DNA of 64,000 nucleotides from Rubripirellula sp. (GCA_965216875.1 OZ244207.1:6208001-6272000), one strand, 5' to 3'. Positions 29,979 to 41,052 are shown, counted from the stretch's first letter. Notes: generated by a model not told the origin, from the letters alone. Numbers and translations are program-made.

Positions 29979-32138
29979 TCAATCGCGCAAGTTATCGATC
30001 AAGAACGCCCAAAGATCGGCGTACTCATCAATGCTCTTGCTGACCGGCGTTCCCGCACCATGGCCGGCTCGTGTTTCGATGCGAATCAACGTTGGATTAT
30101 TGCATGATTGCGCGGCCTGTAGGGCAGCGGCAAACTTGAAACTGTGGCCAGGCACGACACGGTCGTCACGGTCTGCGGTCGTCACCAGTGTGGCCGGATA
30201 GCAAGTACCCGGTTTCAGATTGTGGAGCGGTGAATAGGACAACAAGTTGTCAATCTGATCCTCTTCGTCGCTACTGCCGTACTCGGTCACCCACGCCCAC
30301 CCGATGGTGAATTTGTGATAGCGAAGCATGTCCATCACGCCGACCGCAGGCAAACTCGCCCCAAACAACTCAGGTCGCTGTGTGATCGCCGCGCCGATCA
30401 GCAAGCCGCCATTGCTGCGGCCCGAGATGGCGAGTTTCTTGGGCTTGGTGTAACCCTCGGCGATCAGGTGTTCGGCAGCCGCAAAAAAGTCATCAAAGAC
30501 ATTTTGCTTCTTCAATCGCATTCCATCCTCGTGCCACTGACGACCGTACTCGCCGCCCCCACGCAGGTTCGCAACGGCATAGATGCCTCCACTTTCGATC
30601 CAACCAGCTTTGGCTGGCGAAAACGAGGGCGTGATTGAGATATTGAACCCACCGTACGCGTAAAGCAACGTGCGATTGTTCCCGTCAAGCTTCGAGTCTT
30701 TGTGACGCGTCACGATGATAGGAACCTTCGTTCCATCTTTGCTCTCGCAGAACAATTGTTCTGTCACATAATCGGAAACTTCAAAGTCGACTTTCGGTTG
30801 CCGCCAGAGATCCGCTTGATTGTTGCCAAGATCAAGTCGATAAATCGAACTCGGTGTGACATAGTTTGTGAAGCTAAAGAACGTTTCCTCGGCATCTTGT
30901 CGGCCACCAAAACCGCTGACACTGCCGACCCCGGGAAGCTCGAGTTCATCGATCAGGTTTCCGCCGAGTCCGTGCCGCGTCACCTTTCCTCGCGCATCTT
31001 TCAACGACCGACAGTAGAAGGTGTCGCCGAAAAGACTGACCGATTCGACAACATCATCCGATTCGGCAATCACACTTTTCCAGGCGTCACGGTCGGAGTT
31101 GCCAACTTCAACGGCGATCAGGCGACGCTTGGGCGCTTCGTTGTCGGTAAGGAAATAGAGCGTGTCGTCTCGAGAAGCGATCCATTCATAGTCCGCATCA
31201 AAGCCGGTGATAATCGGTTCGACTTCAGAATTAGGATCTCGCAAATCTTTGACGAAGATCTGCGACTTCGGTTCACTTCCCTTCCAGTTGTAAATCACCA
31301 AGTAACGACCGTCGTCAGTCACCGCTGGCGAGAACCCCCACTTGGGATGATCAGGACGTTGTAGAACCAGTGTGTCGTCGCTTTGGTCGTCACCGATTTT
31401 GTGGAAGTAGAGTTTTTGGTTTTCGTTGGTTCCGGTAAGCAACTCCCCTTCGGCAGGTGCTTCGTACCGTCCGTAAAAGAACCCACTGCCATCGGGCATC
31501 CAAGCAATTCCGCTGAATTTGACCCACTTGATTTCGTCTTCCAGGTCTTTGCCAGTGGCAACGTCACGAACTTTCCATGTTCGCCAATCGCTGCCGCCAT
31601 CAGCTAATCCGTACGCCAACAGTTTCCCGTCGTCACTTGGCGTCGCGCCCGCCAATGCGATCGTGCCATCCTTACTTAACGTGTTTGGGTCGATCAACAC
31701 TTCGCGTTCGGCATCAAGCGACGATGCCTTGTAAAAAACGCTTTGGTTTTGCAACCCGTCGTTGTGCGAATAGAAGTAGGTGTCGCCGCGACGACGCGGC
31801 AATCCGAATCGCTCGTAGTTCCAAAGTTGTTCCAAACGTTTGTGCATTGACTCGCGTTCAGGAATCGAATGCAAGTACTTGTCCGTGACTTCGTTCTGTG
31901 CCTTGACCCACGCAGCCGTTTCATCGCTTTCGGTGTCTTCCAGCCAACGGTAGGGATCTTTGACGACGCGCCCGTGATAGTCATCCTTTACGTCAACGGT
32001 CGTGGTTTCGGGATAAGTCATGGACGATTCGCTTCCTTTCGCGGGTTGTTGGCAGTAAGCACGTGGCATCGCCACGAGAACCGAACTTGCCGCGATGACA
32101 AATTGCCCAGCGATAAATCGAAATCGGCGAAAACTCAC
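29979..32138 (-). CDS. Prolyl oligopeptidase (S9A), probably exported
   Basis: DPYRWLED, GRSNGG nucleophile, DDRV, AGHG; start uncertain (GTG 32138 yields a signal peptide). Confidence 0.93.
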   Translation of the reverse strand: MSFRRFRFIAGQFVIAASSVLVAMPRAYCQQPAKGSESSMTYPETTTVDVKDDYHGRVVKDPYRWLEDTESDETAAWVKAQNEVTDKYLHSIPERESMHKRLEQLWNYERFGLPRRRGDTYFYSHNDGLQNQSVFYKASSLDAEREVLIDPNTLSKDGTIALAGATPSDDGKLLAYGLADGGSDWRTWKVRDVATGKDLEDEIKWVKFSGIAWMPDGSGFFYGRYEAPAEGELLTGTNENQKLYFHKIGDDQSDDTLVLQRPDHPKWGFSPAVTDDGRYLVIYNWKGSEPKSQIFVKDLRDPNSEVEPIITGFDADYEWIASRDDTLYFLTDNEAPKRRLIAVEVGNSDRDAWKSVIAESDDVVESVSLFGDTFYCRSLKDARGKVTRHGLGGNLIDELELPGVGSVSGFGGRQDAEETFFSFTNYVTPSSIYRLDLGNNQADLWRQPKVDFEVSDYVTEQLFCESKDGTKVPIIVTRHKDSKLDGNNRTLLYAYGGFNISITPSFSPAKAGWIESGGIYAVANLRGGGEYGRQWHEDGMRLKKQNVFDDFFAAAEHLIAEGYTKPKKLAISGRSNGGLLIGAAITQRPELFGASLPAVGVMDMLRYHKFTIGWAWVTEYGSSDEEDQIDNLLSYSPLHNLKPGTCYPATLVTTADRDDRVVPGHSFKFAAALQAAQSCNNPTLIRIETRAGHGAGTPVSKSIDEYADLWAFLIDNLRD

Positions 32139-32475
32139 GTCCAATCCTTTCAGTGCTCTATTGCGTTGATTCTTGGTGCTTTGCATGCAACCGAAGCGAG
32201 GCATCTGACGCCGGTTTCCCCGATCATGGGAGGTCCCCCATCGCCGGAATTCAACCATCGCCAATTTCGCTCACCTCGATGCTCCAACGTAACCGAATCG
32301 GACGCTACGATGTAGCCAATCGCTTTGCCCCTCCCATTGGCGGGCGTTAGCGAGTTGTGGGCAGACTTGATCGGGCGACAAACGGTCACGTTGATGAAAG
32401 CAGAATCTTTGGGCAGCCTTCATCAAACGCATCGGGCGCCGCGCCGCGTCATTTGAAAAAGTAGGAAGACACATT

Positions 32476-35016
32476 GTGTCTGGGGCAACTTCCATTGCGT
32501 CAGGGCGATCGGCTGCGCTGCGCAACCGATTCGTCGGTCTCGTGCACCGTCAACCGTTGATGCTTCTGGCAATCTCGGCATCCGTCGGTGTGTGCACGGA
32601 CCAATACCTTCAGCCGTCGCTGACCTTCTGGTTCATGATCACCGGAATGCTTGTGGCGGCTGCTCTTGTGATTCAACCGCTGCGATGGTGTTTGGTGGTG
32701 CTTTTGTTCGTGCCGCTTTTTGCCTTGCGGCACCAACAACATTGGCAGGACTTGTGGTCGGCTTCGATCTTGGAAGTCACCGACCCCAATGAGCGTATCG
32801 CAATCGTCGAAGGGCTCATCGACACGCCCGTGACACTTCGCCGCCACCCACTGGCTCGAGACACCCATGCCAAAGCGGGCGGCGACCGCGGTCGGCCTGA
32901 TCGTCGGCCGCAGTGGCAAACGCGCATCGAATTGAGCGTGCAGCGCATTCGATTGGCCAATTCACTTGAACCGACCGATGGCCGACTGTTGATTGTTTGC
33001 GATGGAAAGCTGGATCACCTTCGACCTGGTGATCGTCTCCGAGCGTTTGGAGCGTTGCGTGCTTTTGGAGCTCCGACAAATCCAGGAAGCCAAGACCTGC
33101 GGATCGCTTACCAACGCAAGGGGCTGCATGCCCGGTTTATGGTATCTGGTCCCAAGCAGATTGAATTGATTGACTCGAATCGTTTGCACGTTGGCCGTTG
33201 GGTTGCCGAACTTGCATCGTCCGGTCGTGAGTGTTTGATTCGCAATACCGATTCTACGACGGGACCACTCGCCGTCGCACTTGTGTTGGGCCAGCGCGAC
33301 TATGTCGATGCGAAGACACGCGACCAGTTGTTGGTGACCGGAACGGCTCACTTGTTATCGGTGTCAGGCTTGCATCTCGCCATTGTGGTTGTGCTTGCGC
33401 GGTGGGTTTCGTTCTTGATCCCTGCCCCCATGTTGATGCGAGCTTTATTTGTGGTTGCGGTGTGCGTTCTTTACACCATCGTCACCGGCGCTCGGCCTCC
33501 CGTCATGCGAGCTTCTGTTTTGGTGATGGCGATGGCATTGTCGACTTGGGTACGTCGTCCAGCACAACCTCTCAATTCATTGTCGCTGGCAGCGCTCGTA
33601 TTGCTCGCGACCAATCCGACACTTCTGTTTAGCGTTGGAGTTCAGCTTTCGTTTCTTGCGGTTGCAACGTTGATGAGCTTTGGTGCGTTGTCGGGTGCGG
33701 GCGATGCGCGTGACGCGTTGTCACAGCGATTGGAAGAGCTCGCTGAATCGTCCTACCGCCCCTCGGTACGTTGGATGCGAGCTGCATTGGCGAGCGTTCT
33801 GCAAATGGCAAAGTTCAGTCTTTTTGTCACGCTCGCATCGCTGCCGCTGATCTGGCAACACTTTCACGTGATCTCGCCGATCAGTGTGTTGACCAACGTC
33901 GCCCTTTGGCCATTGATGTTTGTCGCACTCAGCAGCGGTGTCGCTACCGTCACGCTCGGTTTGGTTTATGAACCGCTCGCCTTTTTGCCGGGACAAGTCT
34001 GCGAACTCGCTCTCCATGGAATGCGACTGGTCATCGAGACATCCGCCGAAATTCCTGGCGGTCATTTTTGGTTGCCGGCACCTCCAAGCGCCTTGGTCCT
34101 CTTGTACTACGTCGTCTTAGTTGCTTCGATCAGCTTGAAGCAAGAAACGGGCAATCGTCTCCGCTTGGTTTGGATTGCGTCGTGGATCATCGTCGCGGTC
34201 TGGTGCTCGCTGCAGCCCGCGCCGCTTCCCGATGGAACGCTCGAGGCCACCTTTGTCGATGTCGGGCATGGGACAAGCGTCGTGCTTCGGTATTCCGACA
34301 ACGATGTCTGGTTATACGATTGCGGACGCCTCGGAAATGACGTCGGAAGTAGCCGCGGGATCGACGAAACACTTTGGTCCCTTGACGTCACGCGATTAAA
34401 TGGCGTCTATGTTTCGCACGCTGATGCCGATCACTACAACGCACTTCCAGGATTGCTTGAGCGGTTTCGCATCGACCAAGTCCTTGTGTCGCCAAACATG
34501 TTGTCAAAACAGGAGAGCGGTCTTGAGGCGGTGCGCCGTGCGATTGAAAGTTCGGGCGTCGAGGTGAAAGAGATCTGCCGTGGCGATGTCATCAACGCAT
34601 GTCGATTCGAAACGAGCGTGTTGCACCCGCCCCGTGACCGGATCGACGGAAGTGACAACGCCAACAGTCTCGTGTTGCGGATCGCGCAAGGTGGAAAAAC
34701 GCTTGTCCTTCCGGGTGATCTCGAATCGCCTGGGACAGAAGCGCTGCTTTCGCAAGAGCGACCGCCGCCCGGCGGCGTTTTGATGGCGCCGCATCATGGA
34801 AGTTTGACCAAAGATTCGAGCGCAGTCTTACAGTGGGCTCGACCGCGGGAAACGATCGTCAGCGGGGGCCAGAGGGCTCGCCGGCCGGAGGTCGCTGAGA
34901 TGCTCTCGCTAACGGGGTCGAGTGTTCACGTGACCGCCAATGTGGGTGCGATTCGCGTCCGGATCGACAACCGCGGCGAAGTTGAAGTCCGATGTTGGAA
35001 AGTGGACCCTTGGTAG
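32476..35016 (+). CDS. comEC: ComEC/Rec2 competence protein
   Basis: GTAHLLSVSGLH, QLSFLA, DVGHG, SHADADHY, PHHGS. Confidence 0.92.
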   Translation: MSGATSIASGRSAALRNRFVGLVHRQPLMLLAISASVGVCTDQYLQPSLTFWFMITGMLVAAALVIQPLRWCLVVLLFVPLFALRHQQHWQDLWSASILEVTDPNERIAIVEGLIDTPVTLRRHPLARDTHAKAGGDRGRPDRRPQWQTRIELSVQRIRLANSLEPTDGRLLIVCDGKLDHLRPGDRLRAFGALRAFGAPTNPGSQDLRIAYQRKGLHARFMVSGPKQIELIDSNRLHVGRWVAELASSGRECLIRNTDSTTGPLAVALVLGQRDYVDAKTRDQLLVTGTAHLLSVSGLHLAIVVVLARWVSFLIPAPMLMRALFVVAVCVLYTIVTGARPPVMRASVLVMAMALSTWVRRPAQPLNSLSLAALVLLATNPTLLFSVGVQLSFLAVATLMSFGALSGAGDARDALSQRLEELAESSYRPSVRWMRAALASVLQMAKFSLFVTLASLPLIWQHFHVISPISVLTNVALWPLMFVALSSGVATVTLGLVYEPLAFLPGQVCELALHGMRLVIETSAEIPGGHFWLPAPPSALVLLYYVVLVASISLKQETGNRLRLVWIASWIIVAVWCSLQPAPLPDGTLEATFVDVGHGTSVVLRYSDNDVWLYDCGRLGNDVGSSRGIDETLWSLDVTRLNGVYVSHADADHYNALPGLLERFRIDQVLVSPNMLSKQESGLEAVRRAIESSGVEVKEICRGDVINACRFETSVLHPPRDRIDGSDNANSLVLRIAQGGKTLVLPGDLESPGTEALLSQERPPPGGVLMAPHHGSLTKDSSAVLQWARPRETIVSGGQRARRPEVAEMLSLTGSSVHVTANVGAIRVRIDNRGEVEVRCWKVDPW

Positions 35017-35219
35017 GACATTGCGGATCGCCTGACGGTTTTCCGGTTTTTCCGAATATTCGGGCAGGTAAACCGGCGTATCGGTGGTGGAGCCAACGTG
35101 ACAATTTTCGCTGAATGTGTAGGATTGAGAGGATTGGCGACGCCACGTTGGGGTTGGGTGTTGCCAGGGCCTAGCTCACTTGCTCGGCGACTCTCTCACC
35201 CATTTACCTGCCTCGAGAG

Positions 35220-36194
35220 TTGATGCTCGCTGTTCTCCGCGAGATATCGGTAACGTGCTTTTTCACCAGCTACCTTGTGGTGCTTGTGCTGGAATTGCTG
35301 CGCGTGTTGGGCAGGATCCCAGGGCGTGCGTTGCTCGTGATCGCGATGACCGCGATTGGCTTGTTCACCCACGTCACTTTCTTGATGTTGCAGGCGTCGG
35401 CCGAAGCCGAAGCGGTTGGCACAGGGTTATTCGCAACCTGGTCCGATTGGTCACTGCTGATCGCGCTCGGACTGGCGATTTGTTTTTTGATCCTGTATCT
35501 GCGACGCCCCGACACCATTGTCAGCTTCTTTTTTCTGCCCTGCGTTTTGGCTCTGATCGGATTGTCGCTGTTGCTACGCGACTTGGCACCGTTTTCCAGA
35601 AGCGAAGCGGTCGAACTTTGGCGCAGCATCCACGGCATTTCGATGACCGCCGGTTCGATCGCGGTCTTGATCGGGTTCATCGCCGGAGTGATGTACCTGG
35701 TCCAGTCATGGCGTTTGAAACACAAGCGTGCTGGATCTTCGTTTCGTCTGCCCACACTGGAATCGCTCGGCAAACTTAACCGCCGATGTCTGGTCACCAG
35801 TACGGCTGCGGTCGCCGCTGGCTTGGTGGCCGGTGTCGTGATGAACTTGAATCGCTTCGGGCACGTCGGTTGGACCGATGGCGGAGTCCTGTTGAGCGTC
35901 TTGTTGTTTGTCTGGTTAGCAGTCGCGACGAGCGTCGAGTATTTCTACGAACCGGCGAGTCATGGACGCAAAGCGGTCTACCTGACCCTTGCGAGTCTTG
36001 GCTTTCTCGTGTTGGCCATGATCGGCGTTCTGAGTGGATCGCATGGCGAATCGGTCAACGATCCGGTGCCACCAGCAAACGTCGAACTCTCAACCGATTC
36101 AGCGACCGTCCCTTCTCCTTCGACGATCGAAAGCGCTCCTTCGGTGACGGAAAGCGCTCCTTCGACAACGGAAAATGAAGGAGACCCGGCGTGA
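35220..36194 (+). CDS. Cytochrome c assembly (CcsA/HemX-like) membrane protein
   Basis: About 8 TM segments, MYLVQ..LK..LPTLE; coupled to hemA. Confidence 0.8.
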   Translation: MMLAVLREISVTCFFTSYLVVLVLELLRVLGRIPGRALLVIAMTAIGLFTHVTFLMLQASAEAEAVGTGLFATWSDWSLLIALGLAICFLILYLRRPDTIVSFFFLPCVLALIGLSLLLRDLAPFSRSEAVELWRSIHGISMTAGSIAVLIGFIAGVMYLVQSWRLKHKRAGSSFRLPTLESLGKLNRRCLVTSTAAVAAGLVAGVVMNLNRFGHVGWTDGGVLLSVLLFVWLAVATSVEYFYEPASHGRKAVYLTLASLGFLVLAMIGVLSGSHGESVNDPVPPANVELSTDSATVPSPSTIESAPSVTESAPSTTENEGDPA

Positions 36195-37480
36195 ACATGA
36201 AGTTGCAAATGATCGGCTGCAGCCATCATGATGCTGCAGTTGAATTCCGCGAGCGTGTTTCGTTCACGGCGGAACAGGTCAGCGAAACGCTCAGCGCCTT
36301 TCGAAAACGCTTCCCGAAAGGTGAGCTGGTCCTGATCAGCACGTGCAACCGTGTTGAGCTTTACGCTTCGGGTGGCGACGGCGATGTTCTCGATCATGAA
36401 TCGGTCGCAAAGTTTCTAGCCGACCAACAACACCTTCGCGCCGACGAAGTTGTCGACCAGATGATTTACCGAGCCGGTTCGGAAGCGGTCGAACATCTGT
36501 TTACGGTCGCCGCCAGCTTGGACAGCATGGTTTTGGGCGAGGCTCAGATTCTGTCACAGGTCAAACAGGCGTACGACCTTGCGTTGACCAGCGGATCGGC
36601 TGGACCGTTGACCAACGCGGTTTTTCAAGCGGCACTGCGGACGGCTAAGCGGGTCCAGGACGAAACTTCGATTCACCGGCGTCGTGTCAGTATTCCGAGC
36701 GTGGCAGTTGGCGAGGTCGTCCCCGAAGTCTTCGATTCGCTTTCGAACAAACGGGTCGTCCTTTGCGGTGCCGGTGAAATGGGCGAAGAAACGCTCCGCT
36801 ACCTCAAGCAAGCTGGCGCTACGAACATCTGCATTCTCAATCGTAGCTTTGAACGCGCCGTCGCGTTGGCCAAAGCTTTTGGCGCCGAAACGGCTCCTTG
36901 GGAATCATTGAACGAACACGTCGTGGAAGCTGATTTGATGATCGGCACGACGGCGGCGACCGAGCCCATTTTGGATGATGCGACGTTTCGCGCGCTGCAC
37001 GCCAAGCGGCACGGCCGGGTGATGCTGATCCTGGATCTGGCCGTTCCACGCGACTTTGATCCGTCCATTGGCGACCACGCTGGAATCTATCTTTATCAAA
37101 TCGATGACCTCGAATCGGCCTGTGAACGAAATCGCACCGAGCGAAAGAAAGAGTGGCCAAAGGCGAAAAAGATCATCGATGATGAAACGCAACGTTTCAT
37201 TCAAGCGATCAACCACCGCGCATCAGGACCGGTGATCCAGCGACTTCGCAGTCAGGCTCAAGAAGTCAAACAGGAAGAGCTTGAGCGATTGCTTAACAAG
37301 CTCGAAGGTGGCCAGCTTGATGACGCCGAAGTTGGCAAAGAGATCGAAAAGTCGTTCGATCGATTGGTCAACAAGCTGCTGCACCCGCCGCTAAGTTCGA
37401 TTCGGGACGACGCGGCCGAAGGACACCGTCACGGTTTGCTCGATGCGATGCGAAGGCTGTTCAATCTGGGTGATGAGTGA
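36191..37480 (+). CDS. hemA: Glutamyl-tRNA reductase
   Basis: STCNRVE, SLDSMVLGEAQILSQVK, GAGEMG, DLAVPRD. Confidence 0.96.
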   Translation: MNMKLQMIGCSHHDAAVEFRERVSFTAEQVSETLSAFRKRFPKGELVLISTCNRVELYASGGDGDVLDHESVAKFLADQQHLRADEVVDQMIYRAGSEAVEHLFTVAASLDSMVLGEAQILSQVKQAYDLALTSGSAGPLTNAVFQAALRTAKRVQDETSIHRRRVSIPSVAVGEVVPEVFDSLSNKRVVLCGAGEMGEETLRYLKQAGATNICILNRSFERAVALAKAFGAETAPWESLNEHVVEADLMIGTTAATEPILDDATFRALHAKRHGRVMLILDLAVPRDFDPSIGDHAGIYLYQIDDLESACERNRTERKKEWPKAKKIIDDETQRFIQAINHRASGPVIQRLRSQAQEVKQEELERLLNKLEGGQLDDAEVGKEIEKSFDRLVNKLLHPPLSSIRDDAAEGHRHGLLDAMRRLFNLGDE

Positions 37481-37582
37481 TCACTTTGGGCGATAAGTGA
37501 TCACGGGAGTTTCGTCGTTCTGCCTCGGGGCAAATTCTTCGGCTGAAACTGCGACGAAGATCAAGAGTTGATTGCTGGGTGA

Positions 37583-38788
37583 TCAGTCCCAGTCTTCATC
37601 CTCGTCTTCTTCTTCTTCGTCCCAATCCTCGTCGTCGTCTTCATCTTCGTCGTCTTCGTCCCAGTCTTCGTCGTCGTCGTCGACTTCTTGCCACTCATCG
37701 CCTTCGTCATCGATGTCGTCAAGATCTTCGTCGTCGTCATCGTCGTCGAGGTCGTCTTCGTCCTCTTCGTTGTCCCATTCATCGTCGAGGTCATCGCCGA
37801 AGTCATCTTCCTCGTCGTCGTCCTCGTCGTTCCAGTTGTTCTCCTCGTCATCGTCATCGATGGAGGCGTTGGGATCTTCGATCACAGCCGTATCCGACTG
37901 AGCGTTCTGAGGATCGCTAAGCAACGAGGTTTCGGATTCGGACTCAGAGAGAACCGGCGCGACGGCAATACTCACGACAGACTCCTTCGGGGATGTCGAC
38001 AAATCATCAGTGGGAGAATCGATTGATGCAGGTTCAGGATCGTCTTCGACCTGGTCTGGATCGTCTTGCAGAGTCTGCCATTGGATCGGTGGCAGTGCAT
38101 CTGCACTAGTCAGTCCAAAAAGTTGTAAAAAACGTTTCGTGGTACCGTAAAGATAGGGGCGCCCCAACTCCTCGCTACGTCCAGCGATACGAATCAAATC
38201 ACGTTCCATTAGCTGACGCAACAGCTCACCGCAGGCGACCCCCCGAATTGCTTCGGCGCTGGCTCGGGAAACCGGCTGGCGGTAGGCGACCACGGCAAGC
38301 GTTTCCATCATCGGCGTCGACAAGCGAACTGCTGGAGGCAAATGGCCAAGTTTCGTGAGCCAAGGTGCCAAAGCAGATCGGGTCATTAACCGATACCCGC
38401 CCGCAACCAGTTCCACCCGCAACGCTCGAGCGTGGGTTTCGTAGACGCGGTTGAGTTGGCGGACAAGTGTACGGGCCTCCGTGGCGTCCGCCAAGTCAGC
38501 CAATTGAGCTAACTTTCGGGTCGAGAGTGGTCCTTTGGCCAATAAAAGTATGGCCTCCACACGCATCTGCTTGATTCGCGGGTCATCCTCTTGGCCCGAA
38601 GGGGCCAATTCAGCCGTCGTGGTCGGCTGGGGTGTCGCACGGCAAACATCGTACGGACGAACCGGACGCAAGTTTTTTTGGCTGCCCGACAGCAGATTCG
38701 CCAACGGATGACCGCACAAACTGGACGAACTTGATTTCGACCAATCAGCGGCGTTTGCAAATTCGGCGGGGGATCCTGTCCGCTTCAT
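37583..38788 (-). CDS. scpB: SMC-Scp complex subunit ScpB with long acidic C-terminal tail
   Basis: VEAILL, ETLAVVAYRQPVSR, IRGV, GRPYLYGTTKRFLQLFGL; start uncertain. Confidence 0.92.
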   Translation of the reverse strand: MKRTGSPAEFANAADWSKSSSSSLCGHPLANLLSGSQKNLRPVRPYDVCRATPQPTTTAELAPSGQEDDPRIKQMRVEAILLLAKGPLSTRKLAQLADLADATEARTLVRQLNRVYETHARALRVELVAGGYRLMTRSALAPWLTKLGHLPPAVRLSTPMMETLAVVAYRQPVSRASAEAIRGVACGELLRQLMERDLIRIAGRSEELGRPYLYGTTKRFLQLFGLTSADALPPIQWQTLQDDPDQVEDDPEPASIDSPTDDLSTSPKESVVSIAVAPVLSESESETSLLSDPQNAQSDTAVIEDPNASIDDDDEENNWNDEDDDEEDDFGDDLDDEWDNEEDEDDLDDDDDDEDLDDIDDEGDEWQEVDDDDEDWDEDDEDEDDDEDWDEEEEDEDEDWD

Positions 38789-38831
38789 GGCTTACATTAG
38801 AGGTTGAACTGGCGTCGCCGGTTCGGTTGAT

Positions 38832-39692
38832 TTGGTTCGATCAGTCTCTTCAACCGTCCTGCACGTCCCATCGGCGTCCAAAAAAGCAACATCCCGCAAC
38901 AAAGCTCCCGTGTCCACCTCGGTTTCCAACTCCACCGCCAAGCCGCGCAAACGCAAGAGCAAGCTGCGAATTTGGGTTTCTGTACTCGGTGGCCTGTTCG
39001 CGATCGTCATCGTTGGCATTGTCGTGCGAACGCAGGGGCGTGTTTCTGGCGTCGAATTCACGCCGACCCACTTCCAACAGCGGGAGTTCAGCTTCTATGA
39101 GATCCCGATCCTGCACCTGCAAATCACCCCCATCAAACGCCGCTCGAGTACGCCCGCGACCGCGCTTTACCTGCGACAAAACTCCCTCGTGAAAATTGCC
39201 AAGGGCCCGCCGACAGACGACTCCTGGCACGTCGTGAGCGTTTCACGAGGGCTCGCAGGACAACGGCCCATCGATGCAAAGTTGCTCGTCGATCAACTCG
39301 AAGCCCAACCCCAAAGTGATCCCTTCTGGGAAAAATGGAGTATCGACAATCCAGAGCACGCAAAAGTGCTTTGGCCCGTCATTCAGAAACTGGCCCAGCG
39401 GGAACTCTACGTTCTGATTCCCAAGGTCTTTGAGCTCGCCCGACAAGACTCTCAACCCGATGAGCTCGCCGAGCGGATTGACGAGTACCTTCGCCAGGAA
39501 TACTCGCAATTGATCACCGACATGCGCGATGCAAACCGCGACGAGCTGGCTGACGGTCTGGTGGCGGAAATCCTCGCCGATTTTCCTGATGACCCTGAAC
39601 TCGCCAAGCTTCGACAGTCATCGAGTGCTGCGGCCGACAGCGACGGGGACAGCGGGGTCGATCGTGAGGATGCGGCGAGCACTGGCCGCTAG
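38832..39692 (+). CDS. Hypothetical bitopic membrane protein
   Basis: Basic N-terminus, one TM segment, 286-aa ORF. Confidence 0.65.
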   Translation: MVRSVSSTVLHVPSASKKATSRNKAPVSTSVSNSTAKPRKRKSKLRIWVSVLGGLFAIVIVGIVVRTQGRVSGVEFTPTHFQQREFSFYEIPILHLQITPIKRRSSTPATALYLRQNSLVKIAKGPPTDDSWHVVSVSRGLAGQRPIDAKLLVDQLEAQPQSDPFWEKWSIDNPEHAKVLWPVIQKLAQRELYVLIPKVFELARQDSQPDELAERIDEYLRQEYSQLITDMRDANRDELADGLVAEILADFPDDPELAKLRQSSSAAADSDGDSGVDREDAASTGR

Positions 39693-39789
39693 TCCCCAAC
39701 TGGCCCCTGATCCTCAATCTTTGCGGTTTGTGTAATCTCTGCGATTGGTTTTGGACTCGCCGCTCTTACTTCCCTGACTTCCGTTTGTC

Positions 39790-40929
39790 GTGATCTACTT
39801 AGACAACAATGCGACCACCGCGATCGACCCGCGCGTTGCCGATCTTGTCGTTGAATCGTTGCGGTCAGGACCTGCGAACCCTTCAAGCCTTCACCAGCGC
39901 GGACAGAACGCCCAATTCGAAATTGACGAAGCGCTTGCCGTCATCGGTCATTCCCTCGATGCCTCATTCGACCAACCGGGCGGTCCACGACTGATTCTGA
40001 CCAGCGGCGGTACGGAATCGAATAACCTGGCCCTCTTTGGAATCGGTGACCCCGATAAGGCGGTCGTCGTCTCGCGGATCGAACACCCCAGTGTTTTGGA
40101 AGCGGCCAAAGCACTCGAGGCCGCCGGCCGCTCGGTCGTGTGGATCGAAGCCCTACCAAGCGGCGAGGTCGACCTGACGTCGCTTCCCGAAATCCTGGCC
40201 ACCAATGACGTTGGCTTGGTTTCGATCATGTCGGCCAACAACGAAACCGGTGTGATTCAGCCGTTCAAAGAAGCCGCGCAGATCTGTCGCGATGCGGGTG
40301 TACCGATGCACGTCGACGCAACCCAATCGATCGGCAAAGTCCCCTTCTCGCTCACAGATTCCGGTGCCGCCGCCGTCACTTTTACGGCGCACAAGTTTCA
40401 CGGGCCGGTTGGGATCGGTGCTCTTTACCTGGACGCTGGAATCAAAGTCCGACCGATTTTCCACGGTGGTCAACAACAACTCGAGTCGCGTCCGGGAACG
40501 GAATCAGTCCCCTTGGTACGAGGCATGGCCGAGGCGGTGCGACTGGCGGCCGACGAGTTATCCACATCGGCCGAGAGGATGCAGACGCTTCGTGACAAGC
40601 TCGAAGCGGGACTCCTTGGCCGCCATCCAGAGATCGTGATCCAGGGGGCCACGGCCAAGCGAATCCCCAGCACCAGTTGCATCTCCTTCACGGGGACCGA
40701 TCGCCAATCGATGCTGATGGCTCTCGATATGGCGGGGATCGCCTGCAGCAGCGGTTCGGCGTGCAGCAGCGGCAGCAGTCCTCCAAGCCACGTTTTGCTC
40801 GCGATGCAGGCAGAATCGAGCCAGGTGGAATCGGCAATCCGGTTTGGTGTCTCGAAGTTTTCCACCACCGAAGAAATTTCTAAAGCAATCGACACTATCT
40901 CCAATGTTTTCAACAGGTTAAGTCGCTAG
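39790..40929 (+). CDS. Cysteine desulfurase (IscS/NifS type)
   Basis: IYLDNNATT, TSGGTESNN, NNETG, HVDATQ, AHKFHGP, SSGSAC. Confidence 0.95.
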   Translation: MIYLDNNATTAIDPRVADLVVESLRSGPANPSSLHQRGQNAQFEIDEALAVIGHSLDASFDQPGGPRLILTSGGTESNNLALFGIGDPDKAVVVSRIEHPSVLEAAKALEAAGRSVVWIEALPSGEVDLTSLPEILATNDVGLVSIMSANNETGVIQPFKEAAQICRDAGVPMHVDATQSIGKVPFSLTDSGAAAVTFTAHKFHGPVGIGALYLDAGIKVRPIFHGGQQQLESRPGTESVPLVRGMAEAVRLAADELSTSAERMQTLRDKLEAGLLGRHPEIVIQGATAKRIPSTSCISFTGTDRQSMLMALDMAGIACSSGSACSSGSSPPSHVLLAMQAESSQVESAIRFGVSKFSTTEEISKAIDTISNVFNRLSR

Positions 40930-41052
40930 AAAATGGTGGAAAACTCGGACAATTTTACTCGCCTTGTCCGACCCTCCGCGCTAAAATGACGGCTCAAGAG
41001 AAGACTCCAGTTTTCCTCTCTTGGCAAACTTGACCTGTTTTGCGTTCTTGCC

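Noticed and set aside
36128..36166. Short ESAPS duplication in the CcsA/HemX-like tail
   Set aside because: A two-copy low-complexity tail repeat with no evidence of function
37561..37920. Poly-Ser, poly-Thr and Arg-rich ORFs in alternative frames
   Set aside because: These are shadow frames of the GAY/GAR-rich scpB acidic tail
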